IMG/VR virus record: IMGVR_UViG_3300044728_000147
Location: 352 to 64,351 of that record
Length of the DNA stretch: 64,000 bases
Reading direction: 5' to 3' (one strand)
From: a virus
Shown: piece by piece, positions 54,196 to 64,000 of the stretch
Numbering within the stretch: the first letter of the stretch is position 1
How the letters are laid out: each line of letters starts with the position of its first letter
Notes under the pieces: model-generated
Told to the model about the DNA's origin: nothing
What the model saw: the letters and a program-made list of their open reading frames with translations, nothing else
Databases searched by the model: none
Program-made: the position numbers and the translations under genes

Positions 54196-56022
54196 CTATT
54201 TTGCATCTCCTAGTCGTTGGGCTGGTGTCCCCGGCTCGGCGGTGATCGGTACATCGAACTGATGCAGATCGTTCATGGCTTCCACGATAGCGTGAGAGTA
54301 ATCTTCGCAATCTTCGGTGGGCACCTCACCCAGTATCTCGTCGTGGATGGCGCACGTCAGGTACGGGTCGAGTCCCATGGCGTGCATGACGGCGAGCCTC
54401 TGCTTCAGGAGAATCGTGGCGCTGCTCTGGATGAGCCAGTTCACGAACGCATAATAGCGGTCGTCGTTCTCGGACATCATGAGAATCCGGTTGTCGATCC
54501 CTCGGATGAACGCTCGGCCGGTGTTCTCCAGGTTCTCGACAGCCATGTCCTGAATCTGACGCTGGAATCCCTTGATCCCCGGAAAGGCTCGGAACAGACC
54601 GTCGCGAGCCTCGATGATCTGAGGCAGAGCTACTCGATCCGTGCCTTTGAGACCCTCGTTGGCCGTGACCATCATCTTCTCGGGACCGCCGCCGAAGAGC
54701 AGGGTGAACAGAACTGACTTGGCGATCTGTCGACGCACGTCCGACTTCGGAACAATGTCAAGCTCGTTGTATATTCTCTGTGCAGTGAAGCCATGTAGGT
54801 CCGTTCCGGCTCTAATGACTTCCAGCATCGGTTCCTCTTGAGCGAAATGAGCGAAGATCCGGGCCTCAACGTTCGTGAAGTCTGTCGACACAATCTGGAA
54901 ACCGTCCGGCACGATGAAGCTGTTCCTGACATTTACGTCGGTCTGTGCTCGGGGCAACGTTTGGATCGCTGGCTCCGTAGCCGACATCCTGCCGGTGCGG
55001 GCCTGGCTCTGTCGGTACTGCGGGTGCACGCGACCGTCCGACCGCTGGAATTTCAGGAAGTTGTCGTAGTAGCTGCCGAGATACTTGGCAGCGCGGCGAT
55101 GCTCTGAGATGAGATCCATGAGCGGGTGATCGACCGTGACCGACAGGACTTCCAGAACGTCCTTGTCCATTCTCCACTTGCCGGTGGCCGTCGTATGCGT
55201 CAACTCAATTCCAGCGTTGATCAGAGCCGTTGAGATCTGGTCAGTCGAATTCATGTTCGAGATGCCGTACTGTGTAACTTCCTGATCGATCTCAAACAGA
55301 CGATCCTTCAAGATCGTCTGTTGCGCTCGAACATGCTCCGAGTCCACGAGTAGGCCCTTGCGCTCCATGGCGTACAGGCTCGGAAACGCACCACGCTCAA
55401 TCTCGTAGGCCTCCCAGCAGCCCGACTCGATGGCCTTGCGTCTCAGGACCGTGAACAAGTGCACGCCCAGGATAGTGTCCAAGACACCGTAGACCCAGTA
55501 AGCCGGAAAGTGCGTAGGCACCGTGTCCCACCACCATCCGTGCTTGTGGAACGCTGCGTGAAGCTCAGCCTCGCCGCGTTTGGCGATCGGGTGAACGAGT
55601 GCGGCCGATAGGTCCTTGAGACCCTTCGGGCCGGACGACTCGATAACCGAAGCGAGTGGCAGCGAGTCATGGATCCGGTTCCAGTCCTTGATGACCCAAC
55701 CGACGTTTCGCTCTAGCCAGTGTGCATCGAAGTGGACAAAGTTGTGGCCGGTGATCGGCAGTCGCCGGTCATCTACAATAGCCATGGCCTCTTTCACGAG
55801 CGCAGGATATTCCTCGTACGGAATTGCCCACCCCGAATTGAATGCACCGAACTGAACGAGCCTGAGCTTAGCGTCGTACCAGTTGAAGTTAGCCGTCTCG
55901 ACATCGATCCCGATGATGGGGGTGCGGACATCACTGAGCCATCTGAGAAAGCTGAGAGCTTTCTCAGTTGAGTCAACGAGGTCTACCTCGATCGTGGTCG
56001 GATCGAAATCAGTCGCTGTCAT
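54196..56022 (-). CDS. polA: DNA polymerase, family A (3'-5' exonuclease + polymerase)
   Basis: DVET, HN..FD, TGRMS..P..Q, DF..VE.R, R..AK, HDE. Confidence 0.93.
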   Translation of the reverse strand: MTATDFDPTTIEVDLVDSTEKALSFLRWLSDVRTPIIGIDVETANFNWYDAKLRLVQFGAFNSGWAIPYEEYPALVKEAMAIVDDRRLPITGHNFVHFDAHWLERNVGWVIKDWNRIHDSLPLASVIESSGPKGLKDLSAALVHPIAKRGEAELHAAFHKHGWWWDTVPTHFPAYWVYGVLDTILGVHLFTVLRRKAIESGCWEAYEIERGAFPSLYAMERKGLLVDSEHVRAQQTILKDRLFEIDQEVTQYGISNMNSTDQISTALINAGIELTHTTATGKWRMDKDVLEVLSVTVDHPLMDLISEHRRAAKYLGSYYDNFLKFQRSDGRVHPQYRQSQARTGRMSATEPAIQTLPRAQTDVNVRNSFIVPDGFQIVSTDFTNVEARIFAHFAQEEPMLEVIRAGTDLHGFTAQRIYNELDIVPKSDVRRQIAKSVLFTLLFGGGPEKMMVTANEGLKGTDRVALPQIIEARDGLFRAFPGIKGFQRQIQDMAVENLENTGRAFIRGIDNRILMMSENDDRYYAFVNWLIQSSATILLKQRLAVMHAMGLDPYLTCAIHDEILGEVPTEDCEDYSHAIVEAMNDLHQFDVPITAEPGTPAQRLGDAK

Positions 56023-56228
56023 TCTCCCCTCAGGGTAGCTGGGTAGAGATTGCCGGGTAGGTCTCGCTTGTCAACCCATAGACGTTCGGGCTTGACGGTG
56101 CGAAGTTGCCGGATTCCGTTGGGGTCACGACTCCCGCCAAACACATCCACTGAACCGTCGTTATTGAATCCCCACACCCAGAAGAAACCTCGTTCGCCAT
56201 CGATCCTCACACGGTCATACAAGTTCAT
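56019..56228 (-). CDS. Small SH3-like hypothetical protein
   Basis: RVRI.GERG.F...VDVFGG. Confidence 0.55.
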   Translation of the reverse strand: MNLYDRVRIDGERGFFWVWGFNNDGSVDVFGGSRDPNGIRQLRTVKPERLWVDKRDLPGNLYPATLRGE

Positions 56229-56517
56229 AATCAATTCCTGCCTCCACGTAACCAGGCCAAACATTGAACGGGTGTACACCGTAGCCTACGGCCACCTTAT
56301 CGGCCTCTAGGTCTGGAATGCCGTTGAGTTTCCATTCTGGCAACTCAAGGCCGTAGTCATCCTCCAACTTCTCGCGACTCACGAACGGGAACAAGAAACG
56401 AACGGGCCACGCAAGCGGCCCGTAGTTTGTTCCGATGGTTGTTGATTTGGAACAGGACACGCACCGGCAACCGATTCGCCGGTAACGTGCCCGTGTTCCA
56501 TGGCTAGGTAAGTCCAT
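56215..56517 (-). CDS. Hypothetical DNA-binding protein
   Basis: HGT..RY...GCRC..C; AD.VA...GVHP..VWP. Confidence 0.65.
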   Translation of the reverse strand: MDLPSHGTRARYRRIGCRCVSCSKSTTIGTNYGPLAWPVRFLFPFVSREKLEDDYGLELPEWKLNGIPDLEADKVAVGYGVHPFNVWPGYVEAGIDYELV

Positions 56518-56524
56518 CTACCTT

Positions 56525-57616
56525 TCAGTAGCCGTATCCGAACGGATCGTCTTCGTACTCGTCTTCGTCGTCGGGGTTGTTTTTCACCAGTTCTCCGGCC
56601 GCTTCAGCGATAGCGTCTTCGGCGGTGCCGAAACTGAAAGTGTAGCCCTCAGCATAGTCAGACTGGGAGTCGACGTACCAGTAGAATTCATGGTCTTCGT
56701 CCGGTCCGACGATTTCGGCCTCGAACCCCTCAGGGGTCGTCCACCGGGTTCGCGGAATGCCGTCTTCGTTCTCATCCTCGACGTACCCAGTGCCGTCAGA
56801 CTTAGCCTCAGCGTACTCACTGCCGTCGTTGCCGACCAGCGGCGCCCAACGGATGCCCTCGACATCTTCCGTCACCTGACGAAGAACCTCGTAGCGCCAC
56901 GTGCGGCCCTTGGCGTTGCTGTAGTCGCTCGGGATGCTCACGACATCGGCCGGGTTGATCTTGAGCAGGACAATAACCGGTCCGCTGGAGTAGCTCGGCA
57001 GATAGCTCTTGGAACAGAAGTGCAGCCCGTACGAGCAGGTGTTATCCCGGACCGGATCCACGGCGTGACGGCCCGTAAGCTGCACCATCTGACCGGGAGA
57101 GTTGTCGAAGGTGCCGCTGTAGGAATCCTTGAAATCGGATCGGACGTACTTGTAGGCGAGGAAGTGACCGTCTTCGGTAATAGGCAGGTCGCTGTTCTCC
57201 AGCCAGAGGTACAACTCGTCGCGAGCAAAGTCAGCCGGGTTCATGTAGAGATTCTCCATGAACCGGATCATGCCGCCGAGAGGCAGGCCGAGGGCCACCA
57301 TCTCCAGCATCCGATCGACCAGGACACCGTGCATCTGGACACCGTCCAGGAAGACGCCGCCCCGTGTGACTTCGACGGTCCGCTTCTCCAGATAGTTCCT
57401 GGTATTCGGGGAACCCTCGAAGGCCTGGCGGATCTCACGCTCGACCTTGGCGACCGGACGGGCAAGGTCCAAGAGCACGTTCATGTCGGGAGCGGGATCG
57501 ACCTTGGTCAGTTCAGCGATCACGTCCTTGAAATTGATCGAGTCCCGGCTGACCTGATGGGCCTGACTGCCGTTCATGAAGGTGACGGACTTGCCGCCGA
57601 GAATGTAATGGATCAC
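56525..57616 (-). CDS. rIIB-like protein
   Basis: F.ENL..NP, LPITEDG.FLAYK, CS.GLH, INPADVVSIP.DY. Confidence 0.9.
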   Translation of the reverse strand: MIHYILGGKSVTFMNGSQAHQVSRDSINFKDVIAELTKVDPAPDMNVLLDLARPVAKVEREIRQAFEGSPNTRNYLEKRTVEVTRGGVFLDGVQMHGVLVDRMLEMVALGLPLGGMIRFMENLYMNPADFARDELYLWLENSDLPITEDGHFLAYKYVRSDFKDSYSGTFDNSPGQMVQLTGRHAVDPVRDNTCSYGLHFCSKSYLPSYSSGPVIVLLKINPADVVSIPSDYSNAKGRTWRYEVLRQVTEDVEGIRWAPLVGNDGSEYAEAKSDGTGYVEDENEDGIPRTRWTTPEGFEAEIVGPDEDHEFYWYVDSQSDYAEGYTFSFGTAEDAIAEAAGELVKNNPDDEDEYEDDPFGYGY

Positions 57617-59586
57617 TTCTGGTTCTCCTGTTCGATTGTCTTCTGAATGTAGAACTCTGTGAGGCTGACGCCGCCATCGATGAAGAGCAGCGGGAAAGCC
57701 TTCTTGTACTCGTCCACCTTACTCTTGATTTCCTCGGATGTCAAGGTGGCTTCGAAAGTAATTCCGGCGATCTCGGCAATGTTGTTGTCACTGGCGGTCC
57801 AGCACTCGGGATCGTCGCTACCGAGGCCCAGGTCGACCATGACCCGATTACGAATCCAGTCGTGGGCCTCAGAATCAATGATATTCAATTCGTTGTACCA
57901 GGACGAGAAGCCACGTGAGAACGTGCGTTTGAACACGCTGGCGTTCTTTTCGCCCACGAACCGGGTGCTGAAGTTGTGCTTGGCGGCGTACTTGATCGCA
58001 CGACGCTCCACTTCGGTCGTGAGGCGGCGCTTGCCGGTCGGATCAAATCGCTCGGCCTGCTTGTCGGTCAAGAATACAATCTGGTCCTGAGTGAAGTTGA
58101 GAGTGGTCAGAAGGGCCTTGGTCTGGGGCCAGAAGTTCTCAACGGTCCCGAAGGCACCAAGGTCACCCTCTCTGCCCTCGGCCAGGCTCATAGCTCCGAC
58201 CTTACGGACCCACCAGGATCCGGCAGGCAATTCCTTCGGTGCGGCCGTACCGGTGACGCCACCAGGGAGCTTGCCGGTACCGTTGTAGGTGCGGTTCACC
58301 TCAACGTCGGGAAGCTGGCTGAGGGCGATGATCCGGTCCGGATTGATGCCCAGGACTCGGACGACCCTCGGAAGTTCCTGACGAGATACCAGAGCGACCT
58401 TGCCGCCCATGCTCTTAACGTAGGACTTGATCCGAAGCTGGCGCCGCAACATCTTCGCTCCGGACGCTGTAACGTCGTCCACGATCAGGCCCAGGTCCTC
58501 GGGGTTGCTGAAGCTGCTCCCCCAGGCAGGCTTGGTGACCTTGTTGGCATTGTAGACGAAGATCGCCTGACCAATAAAGTTCTTGTTGGCCTTGTCGGGT
58601 GACAAGCTCACGTACTGCTTGACTGGGAAGCCCTGCACGAACGAGTAGCGGTTACGTTGTTGGAACTCATCCAGGCGGTTCTTGTAGGTCAAGGACTGCA
58701 TGAAGGTCTTGACACCGGCCCAGGCTCGGATGTGAGCGTCGTGGACGGCCTGCTCGGTCTCAGCGTCCATCGACAGGCTCTCACGGCTTGCCGTGGTCTC
58801 GCACGATCCGATCGGAACGTCGGCCACGAACAGGTGCCCGTAGGCGATCTGAGTGTGCACGGTGGGGACGGAGTACATCACGCACCCCTGCCGGACAGCG
58901 AACTCGCCCATGTCGAAGCTCTGGCCGAAGATGCGCCACCCGTCGCCAGCGAGGACTGGCTCGGGGACCGTGATTGACAGACCCGAAACCTCGGGCCTGG
59001 TATCAGTCGCCAGCAACATCCGCAGGATCTCGCGCTCGAACTTCCGGAAGTCCTGGCTGCCAACCGGAATGGAAACCTCGAAGCCCTGAGGCTCATCCGT
59101 CAACTCCGTTGACAGATGGCGAATCTCGGGCAGGTCGTCGTCCATAATGTTCGCCACATAGGTCCGCTTGAGACCGTCAAGGTAGGCTACGACCATGAAG
59201 GTATCGCCGTAAGCGAACGGGGACTTTGACCCCAGGCCCTTCTCACCGACCTGGTCGTTCGTTTCACGCTTGGTCGACTCGAAAATGGTCGAGTACAGAA
59301 CCATGACATCGTCGTGACTGAGCGACACGCCGAAGTCCCGGATCCGGAACGTGGGGTCGAGCAGGGTCGGGACGTCCACCTGGAACGGGCGGGTCTGACC
59401 GGCCTCGACGTGCGAGTCGATGGCATTCGCCCAAAGCTCCCGGACGACGGCTCCGATCTTGTTGGAGTAGAGACCGTCGATCAGCGTACGGAACGCCTGA
59501 CCGTTTGGCTTGATCGAGAAGACCCGGCGCTCGTAACCTCCGAGAGCGTCCACCTCGATCGTGCGGGGCTTGGTGTGAGTGATCAT
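57613..59586 (-). CDS. rIIA-like protein (GHKL ATPase N-terminus)
   Basis: LYSNKI.AVVREL..NA.DSH, IRDFG, STK, GLGSKSPFAY. Confidence 0.9.
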   Translation of the reverse strand: MITHTKPRTIEVDALGGYERRVFSIKPNGQAFRTLIDGLYSNKIGAVVRELWANAIDSHVEAGQTRPFQVDVPTLLDPTFRIRDFGVSLSHDDVMVLYSTIFESTKRETNDQVGEKGLGSKSPFAYGDTFMVVAYLDGLKRTYVANIMDDDLPEIRHLSTELTDEPQGFEVSIPVGSQDFRKFEREILRMLLATDTRPEVSGLSITVPEPVLAGDGWRIFGQSFDMGEFAVRQGCVMYSVPTVHTQIAYGHLFVADVPIGSCETTASRESLSMDAETEQAVHDAHIRAWAGVKTFMQSLTYKNRLDEFQQRNRYSFVQGFPVKQYVSLSPDKANKNFIGQAIFVYNANKVTKPAWGSSFSNPEDLGLIVDDVTASGAKMLRRQLRIKSYVKSMGGKVALVSRQELPRVVRVLGINPDRIIALSQLPDVEVNRTYNGTGKLPGGVTGTAAPKELPAGSWWVRKVGAMSLAEGREGDLGAFGTVENFWPQTKALLTTLNFTQDQIVFLTDKQAERFDPTGKRRLTTEVERRAIKYAAKHNFSTRFVGEKNASVFKRTFSRGFSSWYNELNIIDSEAHDWIRNRVMVDLGLGSDDPECWTASDNNIAEIAGITFEATLTSEEIKSKVDEYKKAFPLLFIDGGVSLTEFYIQKTIEQENQK

Positions 59587-59807
59587 TGCGTGACTCCGTT
59601 TCCATAGTTGTGGAGGCGATCAAGCAACGGCCCGTCACCCTCTTCGGCGTAGCCGCCCTCGATGAAGATGGCGAGCAGTTCCTTGGCGTCGGCCTCCAGG
59701 GCCTCGACGTACTTGGCGATTTCCCAGAACTTACGGGCAGCGACGGCACCGGTGTGCACGAACACTTCATCGGCCAAGGCCATGATTTCATCGGTTGACT
59801 GGCTCAT
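59583..59807 (-). CDS. Hypothetical protein
   Basis: SD AGAGGA; coupled to rIIA. Confidence 0.6.
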   Translation of the reverse strand: MSQSTDEIMALADEVFVHTGAVAARKFWEIAKYVEALEADAKELLAIFIEGGYAEEGDGPLLDRLHNYGNGVTQ

Positions 59808-59973
59808 CAGATTCCTCTTTCATCGTAGGTATCGGTGGAGTGGAACGCTTTTCCGCTGGCGTACACCAGCAGGTGCCGCTTGCGGGCACCCAGGAAGGCA
59901 AGGGTCTGAGCCTCCGTGGTCGACCACACGATGTCGCGGGTGACGCCTTCGGTGGACAGGACGTAGACGACAG

Positions 59974-60261
59974 TCACAGGATGCTCGTTGCGTTGTAGCG
60001 AGCACCGAACTGATCATCGTTGCCGACCTTGCTGGCCAGGTCAAGCACCAGATCGTACTGATTGTAGCTGGCCGTAGCGTTGAAGTCAGCGAGCAGGCGC
60101 TCGGCGCTCTCCACGAGCAGCTTGACCTGCTCCAGCGGGGAGACCGTGACCGTGTCGTGAGCGTCGCCCCTGTCATACCTGTAGGCGTTCAACGCCCTCA
60201 CGTGCTGAGCGACGGCCTCGGTCAGGAGCAGTTCGTAGTTGGTCCGGTGGGAGAGGTTCAT
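59974..60261 (-). CDS. Hypothetical early protein
   Basis: Leaderless ATG after promoter. Confidence 0.65.
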   Translation of the reverse strand: MNLSHRTNYELLLTEAVAQHVRALNAYRYDRGDAHDTVTVSPLEQVKLLVESAERLLADFNATASYNQYDLVLDLASKVGNDDQFGARYNATSIL

Positions 60262-60267
60262 AGGTCT

Positions 60268-60296
60268 ATAGTACCTAACTCAGGAGAGGATGTCAA
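60268..60296 (-). promoter_or_regulatory. Early SigA promoter (leaderless)
   Basis: TTGACA-17-TACTAT-agacct-ATG. Confidence 0.75.
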
Positions 60297-60312
60297 GGGG
60301 TCTGACCAGGGA

Positions 60313-60582
60313 TTATGCAGAAACTTCGGCCGTTTCAGCGGCCTGTAGGGCGTTCACCAAGTCTACCACGGCAGCGGCTCCGAGGACACCGATAGCGTAC
60401 TGTACGGACTGCTCAGCCCGGTAAACACGAGCCGCCTGCTGGCGGGCCTCCTGCTCTTCACGGGCCTCCTGCTCGCGCTCCAGGCGAGCATAGTACTCGG
60501 CCCGTGCGGTCTCGTGCCTGCGGACAAGCTCATCGGCTACCCAGTCGTAGTGCTCCAGCCAGGTGCAGTCTCCAGGCATCAC
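60313..60582 (-). CDS. Hypothetical protein
   Basis: Coupled ORF. Confidence 0.55.
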   Translation of the reverse strand: MMPGDCTWLEHYDWVADELVRRHETARAEYYARLEREQEAREEQEARQQAARVYRAEQSVQYAIGVLGAAAVVDLVNALQAAETAEVSA

Positions 60583-60785
60583 GAGCGCTCCACAACCTTG
60601 CCACCGATGAGGCAGTTCCAGTCGTTCGGCTTGCCCACCTCGGCCTCCAGCATGTGCAGCCTATTCGGTGCCCGAACCGCAACACCGAACCGGTCGCCGC
60701 TGACCAAAACCTCGATCACGAAGTCACCGTGCTCGCTGATGAAGCGGTGCTCTTCGCCGCCGTTGATTTTGTGGGTGATGGTCAT
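60579..60785 (-). CDS. Hypothetical protein
   Basis: SD GGGAGG before ATG. Confidence 0.6.
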   Translation of the reverse strand: MTITHKINGGEEHRFISEHGDFVIEVLVSGDRFGVAVRAPNRLHMLEAEVGKPNDWNCLIGGKVVERS

Positions 60786-60812
60786 GACGCCTCCCTGTTT
60801 TCTGCGAACTGG

Positions 60813-61025
60813 TCAGAATTCATCGGACAACTCCACTACGTTCTGGGCGATGGTGAACAGGCTGTGACCGGCTGCGAGACCGGCCTCGATCGGCTGCATA
60901 GTAGCTTCAGGGTCCTCCGGAAGACCGGCGACGACGCTATCTGCAATCATGCCCAGCATCCAGGAGGTACGGTCGGCAACGGGGACTTTCGCCCAGGCTG
61001 CGAACAGGTCGTGCGTCGGTGTCAT
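60813..61025 (-). CDS. Hypothetical early protein
   Basis: Leaderless ATG after promoter. Confidence 0.6.
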   Translation of the reverse strand: MTPTHDLFAAWAKVPVADRTSWMLGMIADSVVAGLPEDPEATMQPIEAGLAAGHSLFTIAQNVVELSDEF

Positions 61026-61031
61026 AGGTCT

Positions 61032-61060
61032 ATTGTCTCACAGGGGTGTCACAGCGTCAA
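61032..61060 (-). promoter_or_regulatory. Early SigA promoter (leaderless)
   Basis: TTGACG-17-GACAAT-agacct-ATG. Confidence 0.65.
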
Positions 61061-61061
61061 G

Positions 61062-61253
61062 CTATTTCTCGGCCTTGATCTGGAACGTGAGCACGGGGTT
61101 GTGTTCCTCGTCGTCCCAGATTGTGACGTGCTTGTCGCCCTGCATGAGACTTACCTGAACTGTCAGGAAACGCTCGTCCCCACGCCAAATTTCAATGGCC
61201 TCGGGCATCCACCATCCTTGGATCATCCTGCCCTCGTGTAGTGCTACTTTCAC
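61062..61253 (-). CDS. Hypothetical protein
   Basis: GTGA overlap. Confidence 0.55.
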   Translation of the reverse strand: MKVALHEGRMIQGWWMPEAIEIWRGDERFLTVQVSLMQGDKHVTIWDDEEHNPVLTFQIKAEK

Positions 61254-61507
61254 AGCCTCCGTACCTTTCTCCTACCGGGCAGCTTGAACGCCTCACCCTC
61301 GTCCGATGTCACCACGTAGCGCCGCACTCGCAACTGCTCGGAGCGCTCACGAATCATGGAAATGTCGTCCACGAGGAACGACGGGTAGCCATCGATCTCG
61401 ATGGTGTCGCCCGGTACGATCTCGGAGATCGGCACAAGCTCGTTCTCGCCCTCGTACCAGTCGTTAGAATCGAGTACATCGACCATCCACTCGGCGCCGA
61501 GTTTCAT
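61250..61507 (-). CDS. Hypothetical protein
   Basis: ATGA overlap. Confidence 0.55.
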   Translation of the reverse strand: MKLGAEWMVDVLDSNDWYEGENELVPISEIVPGDTIEIDGYPSFLVDDISMIRERSEQLRVRRYVVTSDEGEAFKLPGRRKVRRL

Positions 61508-62283
61508 GACGGCCCCGGCTTCAAGGGCAGACCGTCAACGCCGACCGTAGTGGTCGACAGGCCCCGAAATACTTGGAACGAAGTGATCAGCCCGTTGGGA
61601 TTAATGCGTCTCCAGCGCTCACCGCCCCACATATCAATGTAGTTGCGGTAGCACAGGTAGCGGGTGCCGTTCCTGTCCGTGGCAATTGGGTCTGTTCGCT
61701 CGCCGTAGCCATCATGCCACTGGTGACTTTTACCGGTCAGCGAGACCCAGACCTCTTCCACGACCCGATAACCCGCCATCCAGTGGCCGAAGGGATCACG
61801 AACCAATTCCCGGACGTACTCGGTGGCGTAGATCTTGAATGGTGGTGCAGCTAGCGGCTTAGCCACCGGCTTGGCCTTACAGGCGGGGCAGGTCTCATAG
61901 CGAACGATCTTGTTCGGGTCATAGCACCTACACTGGCCCATGAGGGTTCCGCATACTCTGCATAACACCTTGTGATGACTCACGGCTTGGCCTTTCAGGG
62001 GTTCGGGTTCGGGTTCGGGTTCGGGCTGCCTCGGGTCAAGCTCGTGGGACAGCGGCAAGTGCTCCCACATGAACTGCTCGGCCGTATGCCAATTCCCCAG
62101 ACGGTTGTATTCGTAATGGGCGGTTGGGTTCGGCCACCGGAAGCTCCCCTCCCTAGGTGGAGGGAGCACGTCCCCGACTACCTGCCACACAGCGTGGCCT
62201 CGCTCGGGAAACACGGGTTGTAGCTGAATCCACTTCACGGCTGCCTCAGACACGCTACAGCGGCCGGATCCTTGGAGAACCAA
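61504..62283 (-). CDS. Hypothetical protein with PE repeat and Cys motifs
   Basis: PEPEPEP linker, CRVCG..CRC..CPAC. Confidence 0.6.
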   Translation of the reverse strand: MVLQGSGRCSVSEAAVKWIQLQPVFPERGHAVWQVVGDVLPPPREGSFRWPNPTAHYEYNRLGNWHTAEQFMWEHLPLSHELDPRQPEPEPEPEPLKGQAVSHHKVLCRVCGTLMGQCRCYDPNKIVRYETCPACKAKPVAKPLAAPPFKIYATEYVRELVRDPFGHWMAGYRVVEEVWVSLTGKSHQWHDGYGERTDPIATDRNGTRYLCYRNYIDMWGGERWRRINPNGLITSFQVFRGLSTTTVGVDGLPLKPGPS

Positions 62284-62435
62284 GGTGGTACGACCGCCTG
62301 GCCTCCGCTCTGCTCACACTGATCGATCCGGTACTCACGGCACCCGTAGTTGGCCAGGCTGCCCAGCACTAGAAAGGCCAATACCCCCAGAACTAGGAAT
62401 ACCGTGTTGGCTGTGTCTCTTGCTCGGTATCTCAT
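62235..62435 (-). CDS. Small membrane protein
   Basis: One TM, C...GG...C. Confidence 0.55.
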   Translation of the reverse strand: MRYRARDTANTVFLVLGVLAFLVLGSLANYGCREYRIDQCEQSGGQAVVPPWFSKDPAAVACLRQP

Positions 62436-62644
62436 GACGGCACCGGCCTCGTAGCCGGGGCCTCGGCCTCGGTCCAGAACGTGGCGACGTCGATGTCACT
62501 CGACTTCGACCAGATCTGACTACCGTCAGGGTAGTACACCAGGGCCGGGAAGGCGCCGTAGTGGTCGCCATTACTGGTGGCAGCGTGCATCCCATTGGCG
62601 CCGTTCGGCCCAAACCTGACGCTCTCGTAGTATGTCCAATTCAT
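62432..62644 (-). CDS. Hypothetical protein
   Basis: SD AGAAAGGA. Confidence 0.6.
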   Translation of the reverse strand: MNWTYYESVRFGPNGANGMHAATSNGDHYGAFPALVYYPDGSQIWSKSSDIDVATFWTEAEAPATRPVPS

Positions 62645-62674
62645 CTGATGGATCCTTTCTCGATCTCTACCTTG

Positions 62675-62703
62675 ATCTTACTCGGGGGGTGTCTCAGTGT
62701 CAA
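62675..62703 (-). promoter_or_regulatory. Early SigA promoter
   Basis: TTGACA-17-TAAGAT. Confidence 0.75.
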
Positions 62704-62706
62704 GTC

Positions 62707-63093
62707 TCATTTCTTGGCGCCGTTCCGGCGAGGCTGGTGGACCGGACTGACGTAGCCGGGGTTGTTTCGCTGCCAAGCAACGTCCTCGGCCGATGTAGCG
62801 CGCCCATTCTTGCTGGCCTCGATCACCGCCATCATTCTCAGGTTGCGCTCGCGGGCGGCGTGGATGGCCTCGGTGTGGTCGACCGGTGCTACAGGCGTTG
62901 GAACGACGCCTGTATGCCTCCAGGTGCCCCGTAGACCGTCGTGCTTGTTCGTCTTGCGGATTGGCCCTCCGCACGTCCTACAGGCACTCTCAGTGGACGT
63001 CCTGAGGTTGGTGCCATAGAGCGAGTAGACGGGGCGCGCCACGTGCTCGCCCGACTGTGCCGTGCCTCGGATGCCGCTCGGGAGCGTCCTCAT
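62707..63093 (-). CDS. Hypothetical protein
   Basis: CRTCG.PI...W.H zinc-ribbon-like. Confidence 0.5.
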   Translation of the reverse strand: MRTLPSGIRGTAQSGEHVARPVYSLYGTNLRTSTESACRTCGGPIRKTNKHDGLRGTWRHTGVVPTPVAPVDHTEAIHAARERNLRMMAVIEASKNGRATSAEDVAWQRNNPGYVSPVHQPRRNGAKK

Positions 63094-63259
63094 CGGCCTG
63101 GTCCTCTGCCCCAGAAGCGCCGTCGCTTGGGCGGCTCGGACACCTTGACCTTGATGCTTTTCTCGAACACGGCCAGCACCTCATCCATTGTGGGGGCGTG
63201 TCGATCGGTGTGGTGGTCACCGTAGGCCTTGCAGGTCTCACACCATCTCGGGCTGTCTC

Positions 63260-63520
63260 TCACGGTGTTACCTCCTGGACGAACAGGTCAGCGAACGGCT
63301 GACGGTGCCAGCGGCCAGGGCTATACCAGGCCTCTTCACCGTGCAGGCTCACGGCCCATGGCTTACAAGCTACCGGCGTGCTCCACGTCGGCTTGACGTA
63401 CACGATTCCATATCGGGCGTTGTAGCTCGTCACGACGTATACGCATGGAACGTCGTTGCCGTCCTCGTCGCGACGGAACGTGTTGCGCTCGACCCAACGG
63501 CTGCCCTTGACCGGGATCAT
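63260..63520 (-). CDS. Hypothetical protein
   Basis: ATGA overlap with ArdC-like stop. Confidence 0.55.
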   Translation of the reverse strand: MIPVKGSRWVERNTFRRDEDGNDVPCVYVVTSYNARYGIVYVKPTWSTPVACKPWAVSLHGEEAWYSPGRWHRQPFADLFVQEVTP

Positions 63521-64000
63521 GACTCTTCCTCAAGTTCCAGACCGAAGATCAGATCAGCGGCCTTCTGCGCCCGACCTGCGGCCCAGACCACGGCCTGAGC
63601 GTCTTCCTTGAGGGCGTTGAGCCAGTTCTTCAGGTAGGCGACGTGATTGTCGGTGGTCTTGGCCACTTCGATCTCCAGGACCCCTGCCACCATGGCGCTC
63701 GTCATCTCAGCGACCAGTTCCTCACGAGAGTACTGGTGCGACCCGAAGTGGTCGAAGTCAGCGACCCCTGGCCGATTCAGGCGGGTCTGGTGACCAGTCG
63801 AGTGAGCGGCCTCGTGGAACGCCGTAGCGTAGTAGGACGAGGATGAGACGAACGACTCGATGGGAGGGAGCGTGATAGCGTCCGTGGCGGGCGTGTAGAA
63901 CGCTGCCGTGCCCCGGTTCACCGGGATGCTGTAGCGGTCGGTGTAGCCATCGAAGATGGCTGCTGCCTCGGGGATCTCAGCGATCTCACCCGGCTCCGGG
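63517..64000 (-). CDS. ArdC-like antirestriction protein, zincin domain (runs off window end)
   Basis: AFY.P..D.I.LP, YYAT.FHE..HSTGH..RL.R, YS.EELVAE, ..Y...WL..LK. Confidence 0.88.
   Translation of the reverse strand, partial: PEPGEIAEIPEAAAIFDGYTDRYSIPVNRGTAAFYTPATDAITLPPIESFVSSSSYYATAFHEAAHSTGHQTRLNRPGVADFDHFGSHQYSREELVAEMTSAMVAGVLEIEVAKTTDNHVAYLKNWLNALKEDAQAVVWAAGRAQKAADLIFGLELEEES

Noticed and set aside
56690..58602. Long + strand ORFs (318 aa, 208 aa)
   Set aside because: Antisense shadows of rIIB/rIIA caused by GC codon bias

Overview
This window is a 64-kb slice of a large, GC-rich (roughly 55-60% by eye) siphovirus infecting Actinomycetota; no integrase or repressor is visible. 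The + strand runs as follows. First come RNA-repair and nucleotide genes (phosphoesterases, Pnk, Rnl1-type ligase, dNMP kinase, class II RNR), interleaved with terminase and five proteins sharing an 18-aa 'AC-x4-C-x-PP-x-x-G-x-GGS' tag. One of these is an ART-GNAT-ART polyvalent protein. Next is a 7.3-kb RNA island (15.8-23.1 kb) with a tmRNA, 42 tRNAs covering all 20 amino acids, a compact RNase P RNA, a permuted YrlA-like tRNA mimic, several anticodon-less tRNA mimics, orphan structured RNAs and two endonuclease genes overlapping tRNAs. Then follow WhiB and the virion module (portal/MuF, protease, hexamer and pentamer capsid proteins, tail, tape measure, minor tails, holin). The - strand carries replication, recombination and early genes (SSB, Sak4-like ATPase, Cas4-like exonuclease, SNF2 helicase, RuvC, MTase, PolA, rIIA/rIIB, ArdC). 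Most + strand genes appear leaderless (TANNNT 6-8 nt before the start codon). All calls come from reading motifs and base-pairing by eye; no searches or folding programs were run.
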